Part shown: positions 1-9,555 of the stretch, one piece after another | How positions within the stretch are numbered: the stretch's first letter is position 1 | Layout: every line of letters begins with the position of its first letter | Virus record (IMG/VR): IMGVR_UViG_3300035208_002853 | Location: 88,033-145,414 of that record | DNA from: a virus | Lineage: Duplodnaviria > Heunggongvirae > Uroviricota > Caudoviricetes | DNA: 57,382 bases | Reading direction: 5' to 3' (one strand) | Notes under the pieces: generated by a model | Seen by the model: only the letters and a program-made list of their open reading frames with translations | Told to the model about the DNA's origin: nothing | The model's database searches: none | Translations under genes and position numbers: made by a program

Positions 1-185
1 TGGGATTAATTTTCAAACTGGAAATCTAAGAAACTGGGATTAATTTTCAAACTGGAAATCTAAGAAACTGGGATTAATTTTCAAACTGAAAATCTAAGAA
101 ACTGGGATTAATTTTCAAACTGGAAATCTAAGAAACTGGGATTAATTTTCAAACTGAAAATCTAAGAAACTGGAATTAATTTTCA
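1..185. repeat. Tandem repeat, 34-bp unit (TGGGATTAATTTTCAAACTGRAAATCTAAGAAAC), 5 full copies plus a partial; may extend beyond the window
   Basis: Read directly; units abut with no spacers and differ only at one G/A position. Confidence 0.95.
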
Positions 186-244
186 GGCCCAAAACATAGC
201 TATATATAGACATACCACATACACAGTATATGGAGACAACTAAG

Positions 245-784
245 ATGAAATACTTCCTTGATACAGAATTCTCGGAGCGAGGCCCGAAACACCCAATTGA
301 GTTGATTAGTATAGCCATTATAACTGAAGACAACCGTGAATTTTATGCGATCAATAGCGCCTGGTACGGGTTCCTTGCCCACCGAAGGGCGAGCAAATGG
401 GTACGAGAAAACGTTCTGTCCCGTCTCCCTCGCGGAGAAGATATGAATGTATCGTCGGGTGGATCTCCGCGTATGGCATGGGAAGGCTCTAGAAGGATGC
501 CAATTTCTCAGATCAGAGAGGAGATTTTGGCGTTCATCGGCGACGATAAGCCCGAGTTCTGGGGCTACTACGCAGATTACGATTGGGTGGTCTTCTGCCA
601 ATTGTTTGGGGCGATGATCAACATTCCGAAAGGATGGCCTATGTTCTGTATGGACTTGAAACAACTATGCACGGAGAAAGGCAACCCAAAAATGCCGGAT
701 ATGCCAAATTCAATTGAGCATCATGCTTTGTATGACGCTAGGGAAACGAAATATAGATATGACTGGTTGATGAAGGCGGTTTGA
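245..784 (+). CDS. DEDD 3'-5' exoribonuclease, Rv2179c-like
   Basis: YFLDTEF motif, ELISIAI..EDNREFYA, FWGYYADYDWVVFCQLFG, HHALYDA. ORF track starts at 230, but GGAG lies upstream of ATG 245. Confidence 0.85.
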   Translation: MKYFLDTEFSERGPKHPIELISIAIITEDNREFYAINSAWYGFLAHRRASKWVRENVLSRLPRGEDMNVSSGGSPRMAWEGSRRMPISQIREEILAFIGDDKPEFWGYYADYDWVVFCQLFGAMINIPKGWPMFCMDLKQLCTEKGNPKMPDMPNSIEHHALYDARETKYRYDWLMKAV

Positions 785-963
785 ATTCCGCCTCCAAAAT
801 CCTGCGGGAATAAATTGGCTCCGTATAAGGGGTTATTTTACGATTTAAGTACGCCGGCGTTAATATCTGATTTAGATTATTTTAATGAGTTTATCACTAT
901 TAATTTTATTTCTAGATTGATATACATTTATTTTTAATCTTTTTTTTATTTTTCAATTTTCCA

Positions 964-984
964 CCGCCGGAAAATCCCCGGCGG
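964..984. terminator. GC hairpin CCGCCGG-N7-CCGGCGG between convergent transcription units
   Basis: Perfect 7-bp inverted repeat next to T runs. Confidence 0.45.
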
Positions 985-1746
985 ATATTTTTGACGCGTA
1001 TAAGGGCTTTATTTGAGATTTTGACACTTCTCGATTTTATCTGATTTACGGAATTTTAATGAATCTGTCGCGATTTGTCATCGATAACATGAATATTATA
1101 TTTATACTGTGATCTATAATGATTAATTGTGTAAATCTGGATTAATATATTTATACTGTAATGATATTACTTCGTGTTACTATTTTGCGAATTCGTGTTA
1201 CTAATTATATTTGAAATATATTTAGACTGTGGGTGATATGAATCTAGTCATTTATATTAATCTATTATTTATTTTAATTATTTTATGTATCCTCAGATTT
1301 CATTTTAAACATTCTAAATTTTTATATCCTTGATCCATTTTCCGAACTTTATTCATATTAGGTTTATATTAAATTCATATTAGATCTATCTATCACCTTC
1401 TCCTTAATCCACATATCCTTATAGGACTTCTAGCTATTTATATCTAGGTAATTAGTATAAATTATACTGATAACGATTTTATAAAACTTAAAAAGGATAG
1501 AATTGATTATAAAAGAAATAAAATAATATATTGATTTAGAATCGATTAAAAGAAGGATACTAAACTAACAAGATAATAGGTTAAACCGATTAAATTATAG
1601 GTCTTAATAAGGATTGAGACAAACCTTTTAAGCCATCTAAAATTAATAAGTAATAGAGTTATGTGATTAATAGGAGATAATGGTTTATTTAAAACGTGGA
1701 TATGGTTTAAAACGATTGTAGAGATATGGTTACAGGTATCGGTTTT

Positions 1747-1843
1747 AAGAAAATGTTACATAAGAAAATGTTACATAAGAAAATGTTACATAAGAAAATG
1801 TTACATAAGAAAATGTTACATAAGAAAATGTTACATAAGAAAA
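1747..1843. repeat. Tandem repeat, 15-bp unit AAGAAAATGTTACAT x6 plus a partial
   Basis: Read directly; perfect copies just downstream of the last minus-strand ORF. Confidence 0.95.
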
Positions 1844-1895
1844 ATAAAATAACCAATTTATTAAGTTTAGAAAGTCATAAAAATAAACAAAAAAA

Positions 1896-2153
1896 TTAGG
1901 TTCGGTCTCCTTTAATAATATTCCTAATCTGATATTTAAGTGATTTTGGAATTTTGTTTAATTTAATATTGTTCTTTTCTATTTCTTTTATATATCCAAA
2001 TCTATCTGCGAGAGCTAATAAATTACAATCGTAGCTACATACATGATTAGCTTTATCTGCATGAGGAGACATAAAATATACATCATAATTAATTATAACT
2101 GTATATCTGTCAAAGGTTTTTCCGTCATTATCATAAACTTTTATTTTAAACAT
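1896..2153 (-). CDS. Conserved phage-type hypothetical protein (YDNDGKTFDRYTV motif)
   Basis: ORF with GAGGTTGA SD; the motif is recalled from other viral early proteins. Confidence 0.7.
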   Translation of the reverse strand: MFKIKVYDNDGKTFDRYTVIINYDVYFMSPHADKANHVCSYDCNLLALADRFGYIKEIEKNNIKLNKIPKSLKYQIRNIIKGDRT

Positions 2154-2237
2154 TTAAATCAACCTCACTGCAAAACAAATAACCAAAAATAATACAAAAT
2201 ATTCTAAGATTAATAACCAATCCTACTTATAAATTTA

Positions 2238-2366
2238 TTAATATTTATCAACTCCTATATTTATCTTCTCATCCGGGCCGATTATTATAAAACCGGTTTT
2301 ATCGTTCGTTCTACTATTAAACCAATTTAATTCTTCTTGAGTAATATTTTTGTATCTGTAATCCAT
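2238..2366 (-). CDS. Hypothetical 42-aa protein (MDYRYKNITQEELNWF...), not in ORF track
   Basis: Manual translation; GGAGGATTGATTTAAATG start context; fills the operon gap. Confidence 0.55.
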   Translation of the reverse strand: MDYRYKNITQEELNWFNSRTNDKTGFIIIGPDEKINIGVDKY

Positions 2367-2371
2367 TTAAA

Positions 2372-2599
2372 TCAATCCTCCGATTTTTTAATAATGTTTT
2401 CTATTTTAGCTTCAATATAAATATTTAAATTATCCGTATATTTAGATGGAAGCTTATTATATTTTTTTCTATTAATTGTAATATTAATTATTCTATTACA
2501 TTCTTCTTTAGTTAATTTATTTTCTGGCATTGATTTAATTACTTTATTTACATCATCTTTTATACTATTAAAAATATTAAAAGCGTCATCTCTTCTCAT
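2372..2599 (-). CDS. Hypothetical early protein
   Basis: Tightly packed co-oriented ORF. Confidence 0.65.
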   Translation of the reverse strand: MRRDDAFNIFNSIKDDVNKVIKSMPENKLTKEECNRIINITINRKKYNKLPSKYTDNLNIYIEAKIENIIKKSED

Positions 2600-2605
2600 A
2601 TTTAT

Positions 2606-3373
2606 TCATCCCATTTCTATAAATTCTTTTGTATTTCCGTTTTCATCAACCACATAAATATCTATCACTAATTTTTCTAGCATATCTTCAAGAAGACTAA
2701 AGTCTTTTTCTGTAAGATATGTTTTATTTAATAGATATCTAGTAATTTGTTGATCTTCTAAAGAGTAGCCAACGTAAAGGTTGTCATTAATTTTCTCTAT
2801 GTCAATTGTACTAAAATTTTCTTCTAGCTCCTCACATTTAGGACAAATATAAATTCCGTCGTGCCAATAATTCATATCTTGCCGTTTAAATTCATGTTCG
2901 CAGATATAACATAAATCAAGGTTTTTTATATATGACTCATCGGCGCAAAATTCAGAACAAAATTTTTCCTCGTTAAATTGTGAGTCATCATTAGTATAAT
3001 ATTCGTTTTCGTCTATAAGTTCGTTGCAATAATCGCATTTTGGTAATTGTTCATATTCTTTTGAGATTTGTTGTCTTAATTCTTCTATATCTTCCGGTTC
3101 TCCTTCTCCCATATCAAAATGTCCATAACAGATCCCTATTTCTTTATTTGGTTCTTCGGTGCGCCACATTTCCATAATAGATATAGCGGATTCTAAAGCT
3201 TCAATGGGATCATTATAAGACTCTCCCTCTCCAGCATATTTTGGTACTAGCATATCCGAGCCGGAATAATCTATATTAGGATAAGCTATTTCTACTAAGC
3301 CTATATCGGGTTGATAATAGGGTAATTGCCGAGATACAAAATAAGTAGTTTTCATAGTTTTAACTCTCCTCAT
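2606..3373 (-). CDS. Hypothetical acidic protein with Cys-pair (Zn-finger-like) motifs
   Basis: CDYC, CSEFC, CYIC and CPKC pairs; the true start may be MKTTYF. Confidence 0.7.
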   Translation of the reverse strand: MRRVKTMKTTYFVSRQLPYYQPDIGLVEIAYPNIDYSGSDMLVPKYAGEGESYNDPIEALESAISIMEMWRTEEPNKEIGICYGHFDMGEGEPEDIEELRQQISKEYEQLPKCDYCNELIDENEYYTNDDSQFNEEKFCSEFCADESYIKNLDLCYICEHEFKRQDMNYWHDGIYICPKCEELEENFSTIDIEKINDNLYVGYSLEDQQITRYLLNKTYLTEKDFSLLEDMLEKLVIDIYVVDENGNTKEFIEMG

Positions 3374-3605
3374 CTAAATCTTTTCCATCCTCATCTAAAT
3401 TGAAAAACTCAGGATCTGAAGATTGATCCATCAAAAGCCTTGCCATTTCTTGAGAAGATACTTCTTTTTCTTCTTTTATTACTATTTCGCCGGAATAAGG
3501 GCCGTCGTTAATCAAATAGGTTAAATCTCCTAAAGAATTAAATTCGCACGGTCTATCTTCAGATAAAACCGTTATTTCAATGATTGATTTATAAAACTTT
3601 CTCAT
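3360..3605 (-). CDS. Conserved phage-type hypothetical protein (ITVLSED...SDPEFF)
   Basis: Packed ORF with SD; motif recalled from other viruses. Confidence 0.7.
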   Translation of the reverse strand: MRKFYKSIIEITVLSEDRPCEFNSLGDLTYLINDGPYSGEIVIKEEKEVSSQEMARLLMDQSSDPEFFNLDEDGKDLDEES

Positions 3606-3608
3606 ATT

Positions 3609-3866
3609 TTACTCTCCCCTATTTAATTCTAATTCTATTTCAGTAATATATTTATTGTCGGCCAATAATTCGACAATTTTTAATATTTCATTTATTTGTT
3701 GTTGATTAAAGAATCCTTTAGAATAATATTCTTTATATGAATCCACATAAAGGATATTTCCAAATTTTGATCTATTTAATTTTATTTCAAGATAAACATT
3801 TTTATTCTTTGAATCTTTTAATTGATATAGTTGATGTTTTATATATGGAATTAATTTAAATTTCAT
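3609..3866 (-). CDS. Hypothetical early protein
   Basis: Overlap-coupled ORF. Confidence 0.65.
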   Translation of the reverse strand: MKFKLIPYIKHQLYQLKDSKNKNVYLEIKLNRSKFGNILYVDSYKEYYSKGFFNQQQINEILKIVELLADNKYITEIELELNRGE

Positions 3867-4099
3867 CTTATCTCACCATGTAATATAAAATCTTCCTCTT
3901 TTCCTGTCGTTTCAATCTCTTTAATTATTTCAATTGGAATATTTCTTAATGATTTAAATTCGACAAAATATTTACCTTCTCGTGCTAAATCCTGAAAAGA
4001 CAAATAAAATACTTTAAATTTGTTTTCCTTTACGTCTATTTCATGCTTTTTAAGGATGTCCTTAATTATCCTTCTTATTTCTGTTATGTTTTGATCCAT
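3863..4099 (-). CDS. Hypothetical early protein
   Basis: GAGGT SD, coupled ORF. Confidence 0.65.
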   Translation of the reverse strand: MDQNITEIRRIIKDILKKHEIDVKENKFKVFYLSFQDLAREGKYFVEFKSLRNIPIEIIKEIETTGKEEDFILHGEIR

Positions 4100-4169
4100 A
4101 AATTAACCTCTTAACTTTTATAAATTCCATCTTAAAAAGATTTAACTTTAAAAAGTATGTTTATAAAAG

Positions 4170-4436
4170 TTAATAAATATTCCCTACTAGATAACCTATA
4201 ACCTCGCCGTTATAAATTATCTTTTGGCTATTTTCATCATAAGGATATACCTTATCTTCTATTTTTGCTTTTGGGAAATACAGATTAATAAGCCTTAAAG
4301 CTTCGGTAGTTGTGCCTATATGATTTAAATCTGTAGCCGATGGATTATTTATAAAATCAACCCCATTAATACCAAAAAATCTATATCTATCATCTAAATC
4401 GTTCATAAATTCAATTTTATAAGGGTAAAATACCAT
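4170..4436 (-). CDS. Hypothetical early protein
   Basis: AGGAG SD, packed ORF. Confidence 0.65.
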   Translation of the reverse strand: MVFYPYKIEFMNDLDDRYRFFGINGVDFINNPSATDLNHIGTTTEALRLINLYFPKAKIEDKVYPYDENSQKIIYNGEVIGYLVGNIY

Positions 4437-4440
4437 AAGT

Positions 4441-4782
4441 TTATCTCTCCTTAATTAATATAGCGTAGCCATCATAATCTAAAGTATTTCTATATTTATC
4501 ATTTAATATCCCTATAGGTAATCCGCGAGGATCATAATTTATCGTGATAGATATATTATACGATTTAGATATATCTTTAATCAATTCTTCAATTACTTTA
4601 ATATCTGATTTATCTTTTTGCGTTAATTCCTCATTACAGTATTTAGTATTTAATCTATGAAGATCTTTAGCTGTTAATATCAATAATTCCATATCGTAAT
4701 CCGTTATATTTGGAATTATTTCTTTTAATATTTGTTGGTTTGTTTTTCTCTTCTTATTTGGACTATCCATTAATATAGGCAT
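4441..4782 (-). CDS. Conserved phage-type hypothetical protein (LHRL..KYCN...YDPRG)
   Basis: Packed ORF; DPRG motif family recalled from phages. Confidence 0.7.
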   Translation of the reverse strand: MPILMDSPNKKRKTNQQILKEIIPNITDYDMELLILTAKDLHRLNTKYCNEELTQKDKSDIKVIEELIKDISKSYNISITINYDPRGLPIGILNDKYRNTLDYDGYAILIKER

Positions 4783-4786
4783 TTCT

Positions 4787-5029
4787 TTATTCCTCTTTAA
4801 TCGCTTGTCTTAATGCTATAATTATCTCTCTATCGGTACAATTTTCTATATTTTTGTGCTTAATCTCCCTATTATCATCTCTAAATGTTAATACCTCTCC
4901 TTCTTTTATTTTGGCGGTTGATCCTGTTGTTTGACATACAACGGTATATAAATATATGCCAGTTTGTAATTTTTCGCCGTTTAACCCTTCAAAAGTTATA
5001 CTTTCCTCAATTATACTTATTTCAAACAT
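4787..5029 (-). CDS. Hypothetical early protein
   Basis: GGAGG SD, packed ORF. Confidence 0.65.
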   Translation of the reverse strand: MFEISIIEESITFEGLNGEKLQTGIYLYTVVCQTTGSTAKIKEGEVLTFRDDNREIKHKNIENCTDREIIIALRQAIKEE

Positions 5030-5049
5030 TTTTATTCCTCCAATTTTAT

Positions 5050-5280
5050 TTAATCTATCGTTAAATAATCGTTATATCCTTCGGCGGCCAATGATTTAAT
5101 ACTATTTAATTTAGATCTAAGTATTCTTTTCTTTTCTTCGGACTGGATTTTATTAAAATCTTTACATCTATGAGTAACAATATTATATGAGAATAAATAT
5201 GTAAGTCCATAAATAGAACCTAAATAATCTTCCCATATTTTTATATTTCCGTTCTGGTTTGCTCCTATAATTATTCTCAT
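5050..5280 (-). CDS. Hypothetical early protein
   Basis: Start moved to MRIIIG behind a GGAGG SD (ORF track 5313). Confidence 0.6.
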   Translation of the reverse strand: MRIIIGANQNGNIKIWEDYLGSIYGLTYLFSYNIVTHRCKDFNKIQSEEKKRILRSKLNSIKSLAAEGYNDYLTID

Positions 5281-5284
5281 AAAT

Positions 5285-5704
5285 TTATTCCTCCAATTTA
5301 ATAATTTCCTCATATTCTATCGGATTTATTCCACCATAATTATATTTAAGTATCCATATTCCTTTATGGTTTATGGATATATCCAACGAAATATTAATAT
5401 CACATTTATTAAAATGCGCTCCGAGGTTATCAAGGTTAATATGTGGCTGAGGAAGAATTAAAGGGTTTATATCACTATAATAGTTTTGATTAATAACGGT
5501 TTGCGCTATTACAGCAAAGCCTACAAAATTTATACTATGAAGATCTAAAAGTTTAGAACTATGAAGATTTAAAAAACTGTTATGTGTCGCTATTTGTTTA
5601 ATTAGATCAATTAAATTATCTGAATCTGCACGTTGGAAAAACGCTATTAGGTCTTTTCCGTCGGTAATACATAATAAACCTTTCATCATAGCGCATAACT
5701 CCAT
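5285..5704 (-). CDS. Hypothetical early protein
   Basis: Packed ORF. Confidence 0.6.
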   Translation of the reverse strand: MELCAMMKGLLCITDGKDLIAFFQRADSDNLIDLIKQIATHNSFLNLHSSKLLDLHSINFVGFAVIAQTVINQNYYSDINPLILPQPHINLDNLGAHFNKCDINISLDISINHKGIWILKYNYGGINPIEYEEIIKLEE

Positions 5705-5982
5705 AAGCTTTTATTTATTACTTTTTTGTATTCTATTTGTTCGTATTTTCTTTTCTCTTCAAGTTCTATATTAATATTGTTTTCAATGGCTTGAATAAAG
5801 CCTAATTGATACTCTTTTGGCAGTCCTTCTAATACTTTTTTAACCGTTTTATATTTCTCTTTATCATATTCGTAAATAGTATCAATCCTTAGACCTATAT
5901 CTAAAGGATCTAAGTTTAAAGCCTTAGATAACCTCTCATTATCTTTTATGACTTTTTGCATTTCTTTATAAGAGAGTGACAT
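5686..5982 (-). CDS. Hypothetical early protein
   Basis: GAGGAG SD, packed ORF. Confidence 0.65.
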   Translation of the reverse strand: MSLSYKEMQKVIKDNERLSKALNLDPLDIGLRIDTIYEYDKEKYKTVKKVLEGLPKEYQLGFIQAIENNINIELEEKRKYEQIEYKKVINKSLWSYAL

Positions 5983-5984
5983 AT

Positions 5985-6344
5985 TTATTTCTCCTCATAA
6001 CTTAATACTTTTTCCTCATGCAATAACTGTATTAATTCCATTAGAGTTATATAGAAAGGTTCGTTTAATTTTATCTTATCCATCTCAATCTTTTGCTTTT
6101 CCATGAAAGTGAAAAGCTTTTCAACGTCTATTTTAATTTTATCCTGGGAATTATATATAAATTCCTCGGCAATATTCATAGGAGAGCCAAAAGTCTTTTT
6201 ATTTTCATAATTCCATACAATAAAATTTGTTGGAATATGATTTTTATTTAATAGGTTAAAATATTCTTGTGGTAGCGCAAAATCTATTTTATCAGTATTT
6301 AAACCGGCAATTTTAGCTAAATTAGATTTATTCATGTTTATCAT
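5985..6344 (-). CDS. Hypothetical early protein
   Basis: AGGAG SD, packed ORF. Confidence 0.65.
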   Translation of the reverse strand: MINMNKSNLAKIAGLNTDKIDFALPQEYFNLLNKNHIPTNFIVWNYENKKTFGSPMNIAEEFIYNSQDKIKIDVEKLFTFMEKQKIEMDKIKLNEPFYITLMELIQLLHEEKVLSYEEK

Positions 6345-6400
6345 ATCTCCTTTAATTAATTGCTCAAAAAGATAGATTTAACTATCTTAAATTGAGTTAA

Positions 6401-6628
6401 TTAAGGAAAATATTTCTCTTCAAGTATTCTAAACTGTCCAATTGCATAACCTTCTTTATCTAAGATTTTAATTCCATTGTATTTATTCATTAAGTAGCCA
6501 TCTTTTATTTTAATTCCTTTATCATTAAATGCTAATTCTCCTTCTTTTATTTGTTTTCTAATTTGGTATAAGACTTTATTAATGTCTTTTATTTCATTGA
6601 CATTAAATTTAATTGATAGTTCAAACAA
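6401..6628 (-). CDS. Hypothetical early protein
   Basis: TTG start with upstream AGGT; overlap-coupled. Confidence 0.55.
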   Translation of the reverse strand: MFELSIKFNVNEIKDINKVLYQIRKQIKEGELAFNDKGIKIKDGYLMNKYNGIKILDKEGYAIGQFRILEEKYFP

Positions 6629-6854
6629 GTTTATTCCACCTTACAAATATATAGTATTTTATAGCTTTTCCTGAAATATCAAAATTTTCGGTTATTCCAA
6701 GACCAATATTTTTTAAATACAAATATGTTTCTGTTTTTATTCTTGGAACAATAATAATATTATGGAATTTTTCTATTTCTATCTTTATCTCCTCATCTTT
6801 TAATCCATCTAAATTTATAAGCATTTCTTTTATTTCATAAAGAGGATTAAACAT
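6621..6854 (-). CDS. Hypothetical early protein
   Basis: AGGAG SD. Confidence 0.6.
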   Translation of the reverse strand: MFNPLYEIKEMLINLDGLKDEEIKIEIEKFHNIIIVPRIKTETYLYLKNIGLGITENFDISGKAIKYYIFVRWNKLV

Positions 6855-6865
6855 ATTAATATCTC

Positions 6866-7153
6866 CTATATTGGATAAATTTCTGCCTTACATCCCTCTT
6901 GCCTTATTACATCCCAACAATAATATAATAATGTTTCTCCTTTAGGATTAGAATAATTTGATGGATTTATAAACCAGGTTTTTCCACAATTAGGACAGAT
7001 AACCCCTATATTTTTATTTATTTCACTTCTTTTTATTTCCCAAATATCCTTATTTTCATCATATCTTTTATACATTGAATCAAATACTTTTTCTTTTCTC
7101 TTTTTAGAAGCTTCATACATCGGATTATATATTTCTTTAGAAATATTAATCAC
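6866..7153 (-). CDS. Hypothetical protein with Zn-ribbon-like CPNCG...C...C
   Basis: Cys motifs; GAGGTGA SD. Confidence 0.65.
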   Translation of the reverse strand: MINISKEIYNPMYEASKKRKEKVFDSMYKRYDENKDIWEIKRSEINKNIGVICPNCGKTWFINPSNYSNPKGETLLYYCWDVIRQEGCKAEIYPI

Positions 7154-7469
7154 CTCTTAAAAAGTCAAAATCTTTATCAGTTATTCCGCTATTATCACAA
7201 AAATCAATTATCTGATTTAAGAAATATTCCCTTAATATTCTATTCTTATCACATTCTTTTACATGAATAAAATCCTTTTTATTTTGGTCAAACCTCATTA
7301 AAGAAGGGCCGAAAAAGGGAATATTAGATAATTCTCTTATTTGGATTTTATTCATTTCTAGGTAATAAAATTTATTTTCTATGCGCTCAGTTTTTCTTAT
7401 GTCCGAGTCCATAAAAGTTTTATGATCGCGACACCATTTAATAAAACTCTTTAAATTGTTTTCATACAT
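7146..7469 (-). CDS. Hypothetical early protein
   Basis: GGTGA SD, coupled ORF. Confidence 0.65.
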   Translation of the reverse strand: MYENNLKSFIKWCRDHKTFMDSDIRKTERIENKFYYLEMNKIQIRELSNIPFFGPSLMRFDQNKKDFIHVKECDKNRILREYFLNQIIDFCDNSGITDKDFDFLRGD

Positions 7470-7475
7470 TTTAAA

Positions 7476-7709
7476 TCACCATGTTTTCAATCTGATATAG
7501 AGCCCTTTATCATTAAACCATTTATAGATAATATCCATCGATTGACTTTTACTTTTATCTCCCGATTCTTTAAAGTAATAATCACAAAATTCGTTTTCCG
7601 TTATACCAGTTATAAAACTTTGTGGCTCTCTAGAATTATAATGTTTTACGTTTAATGTGCCGTCGCTATTTCTTGGTTCTATGACATATTTTTTAAATCT
7701 GTCGGACAT
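7476..7709 (-). CDS. Hypothetical early protein
   Basis: Start moved to MSDRFKK behind an AGGAG SD (ORF track 7799). Confidence 0.55.
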   Translation of the reverse strand: MSDRFKKYVIEPRNSDGTLNVKHYNSREPQSFITGITENEFCDYYFKESGDKSKSQSMDIIYKWFNDKGLYIRLKTW

Positions 7710-7780
7710 ATTATTTAATCTCCTTCTTATAAACTTTCTATTATAAAGAAAAATATAAATATTTCTTTTCATATCTAGGT

Positions 7781-8077
7781 TTAATCGAAGCAACAACACA
7801 AAACAGATTTAGATGGTAAAGGCTCCAAATAGATATTAGCTAGTACTGATTTAGGTCCTAATTGCTTAACCTCTTTTACGGTTATATTTCTATTGTCGTA
7901 TGAATCGAATAATTCCAGGTCTAATTCTCCTATATTAATAAACAAATAAAGATAATTACTTGTTTCTATGCAGGTGGAATTATAAACCCATAAGATACTA
8001 TCTTCATATATTTGGTTCGCTGTTGCTGTTGCTGTTGCTCCTAAAAGGAGCATTAAAATTATTAGGTATTTATACAT
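7781..8077 (-). CDS. Hypothetical secreted protein (signal peptide MYKYLIILMLLLGATATATA)
   Basis: Basic-hydrophobic-AxA N-terminus. Confidence 0.6.
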   Translation of the reverse strand: MYKYLIILMLLLGATATATANQIYEDSILWVYNSTCIETSNYLYLFINIGELDLELFDSYDNRNITVKEVKQLGPKSVLANIYLEPLPSKSVLCCCFD

Positions 8078-8082
8078 TTAAA

Positions 8083-8727
8083 TCAATCCTCTTCAGTATT
8101 CATTTTCTTATACAGATTTATTAAATCACCAGTATTCAATTCTTTAATTAATTCATGTAATGATATATTACTATGAAGAATTGAAGTTATCACATAACTT
8201 TTTGAAGGTTGTCCATATTGAAAGCCAGCTTCATTAAATTTATCTGTATATAATATATCTGTTTCTATCTTTTTGGCTCCGATTGAATCCTTATCCTCAT
8301 ATTTATAACCTTTTCTAATATAAATAGTTGGTAGATCTAAATGTTTAGCTATTTCAATTTCGGCAGATTTATCTATTTCTATTAATTCCTTCTCTATTTC
8401 TTTTACGGTTTTCTCATTATCATAATCTGTAGTATATCCATCCGATATAAATATTTCATCATTATCTAAATCGGACTCTATTTGAGTTAAGTCTAAATAT
8501 GGCCAATTTTTATTTAACTCTGATCGATTAGGATAATAGTTCATAATTTGAACTTGAATTATAGATCTATAAGAATAATCGTCACTTATATAATTATAAG
8601 ATCTATAAAACAAACCGTCATCTTTGATTATATATCCATCTTTTAATAGTATCTTCTCAAATTTGTCTAATGTATTTTGAAGATTTAAATAAAATTCTTC
8701 TTGCAGCATTTCATCTTTTGATATCAT
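8083..8727 (-). CDS. Hypothetical acidic protein
   Basis: GAGGAGG SD; 214-aa ORF. Confidence 0.7.
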   Translation of the reverse strand: MISKDEMLQEEFYLNLQNTLDKFEKILLKDGYIIKDDGLFYRSYNYISDDYSYRSIIQVQIMNYYPNRSELNKNWPYLDLTQIESDLDNDEIFISDGYTTDYDNEKTVKEIEKELIEIDKSAEIEIAKHLDLPTIYIRKGYKYEDKDSIGAKKIETDILYTDKFNEAGFQYGQPSKSYVITSILHSNISLHELIKELNTGDLINLYKKMNTEED

Positions 8728-8909
8728 ATGTTTTCATTCCTCCTCATCAATTAATAGAATTCCATTTAATTCGGTCATATCAAATTGATCCATATCATCT
8801 AATAGAATTGATATTATATGTTTTCATTCCTCCTCATCAATTAATAGAATTCTATTTAATTCGGTCATATCAAATTGATCCATATCATCTAATAGAATTG
8901 ATATTATAT
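8726..8909. repeat. 90-bp tandem duplication of the 3' end of ORF 8824-9105 plus the next SD
   Basis: 8726-8815 and 8816-8905 are identical except for one base. Confidence 0.9.
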
Positions 8910-9105
8910 TATCAAGTTCTTCATTAGAAGCTAAAGAAAAATCTAATAATAAAGACTGATATATAGTATCAATTAAATTATTCATATCTAATGAATCGAA
9001 AATAATCGTATTTTTATATTGTTCTAAAAATTCCTCTTTTTCTCTTTTTTGTCTAAATCGCATTACATCGGCAATATTGTTTAGAATTCTTTTATTTATA
9101 GACAT
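8824..9105 (-). CDS. Hypothetical early protein
   Basis: AGGAG SD. Confidence 0.65.
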   Translation of the reverse strand: MSINKRILNNIADVMRFRQKREKEEFLEQYKNTIIFDSLDMNNLIDTIYQSLLLDFSLASNEELDNIISILLDDMDQFDMTELNRILLIDEEE

Positions 9106-9122
9106 ATTTCTATTACTCCTAA

Positions 9123-9401
9123 TTAATTTAAATCATGTTGAAAACTTTTGCACGTCCAAGGATCATAAATATGAATTTGTTCTAAATTATTGTAATCTGC
9201 CCAATAAAAATAACATAAGCATAAATCGTGATCTTCTATTTTAATGGACATTTCATTATAAAAAGTAAATATATTGTTATAAATACTTGAATGTCCTTTT
9301 TCTTTTAATTCCTCCATTTCTATATCTAGCTTCTCATAAAATTCTATTAATTTTGCGTCGTTGTCTAACATTTCAGTTTTAAACTTTTCAGATAGAACCA
9401 T
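9123..9401 (-). CDS. Hypothetical early protein
   Basis: Upstream GAAGTGA SD-like sequence. Confidence 0.6.
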   Translation of the reverse strand: MVLSEKFKTEMLDNDAKLIEFYEKLDIEMEELKEKGHSSIYNNIFTFYNEMSIKIEDHDLCLCYFYWADYNNLEQIHIYDPWTCKSFQHDLN

Positions 9402-9440
9402 TTTAATATCACTTCTTTTTATATTAAACTAATTATTATT

Positions 9441-9463
9441 CCATAAGATATTTTATCTTATGG
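9441..9463. promoter_or_regulatory. Perfect palindrome CCATAAGATA-TTT-TATCTTATGG (operator- or hairpin-like)
   Basis: 10-bp inverted repeat in an intergenic gap. Confidence 0.4.
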
Positions 9464-9555
9464 TTCAAAATAATTATAAGCAATATAATTATCTTAGCAA
9501 TAAATAATCATTATAATGCCAAAAATATAAGTTAAAATATAAATTAGATTGTTTT

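Noticed and set aside
1-185. 34-bp repeats as a CRISPR array
   Set aside because: Units abut with no unique spacers
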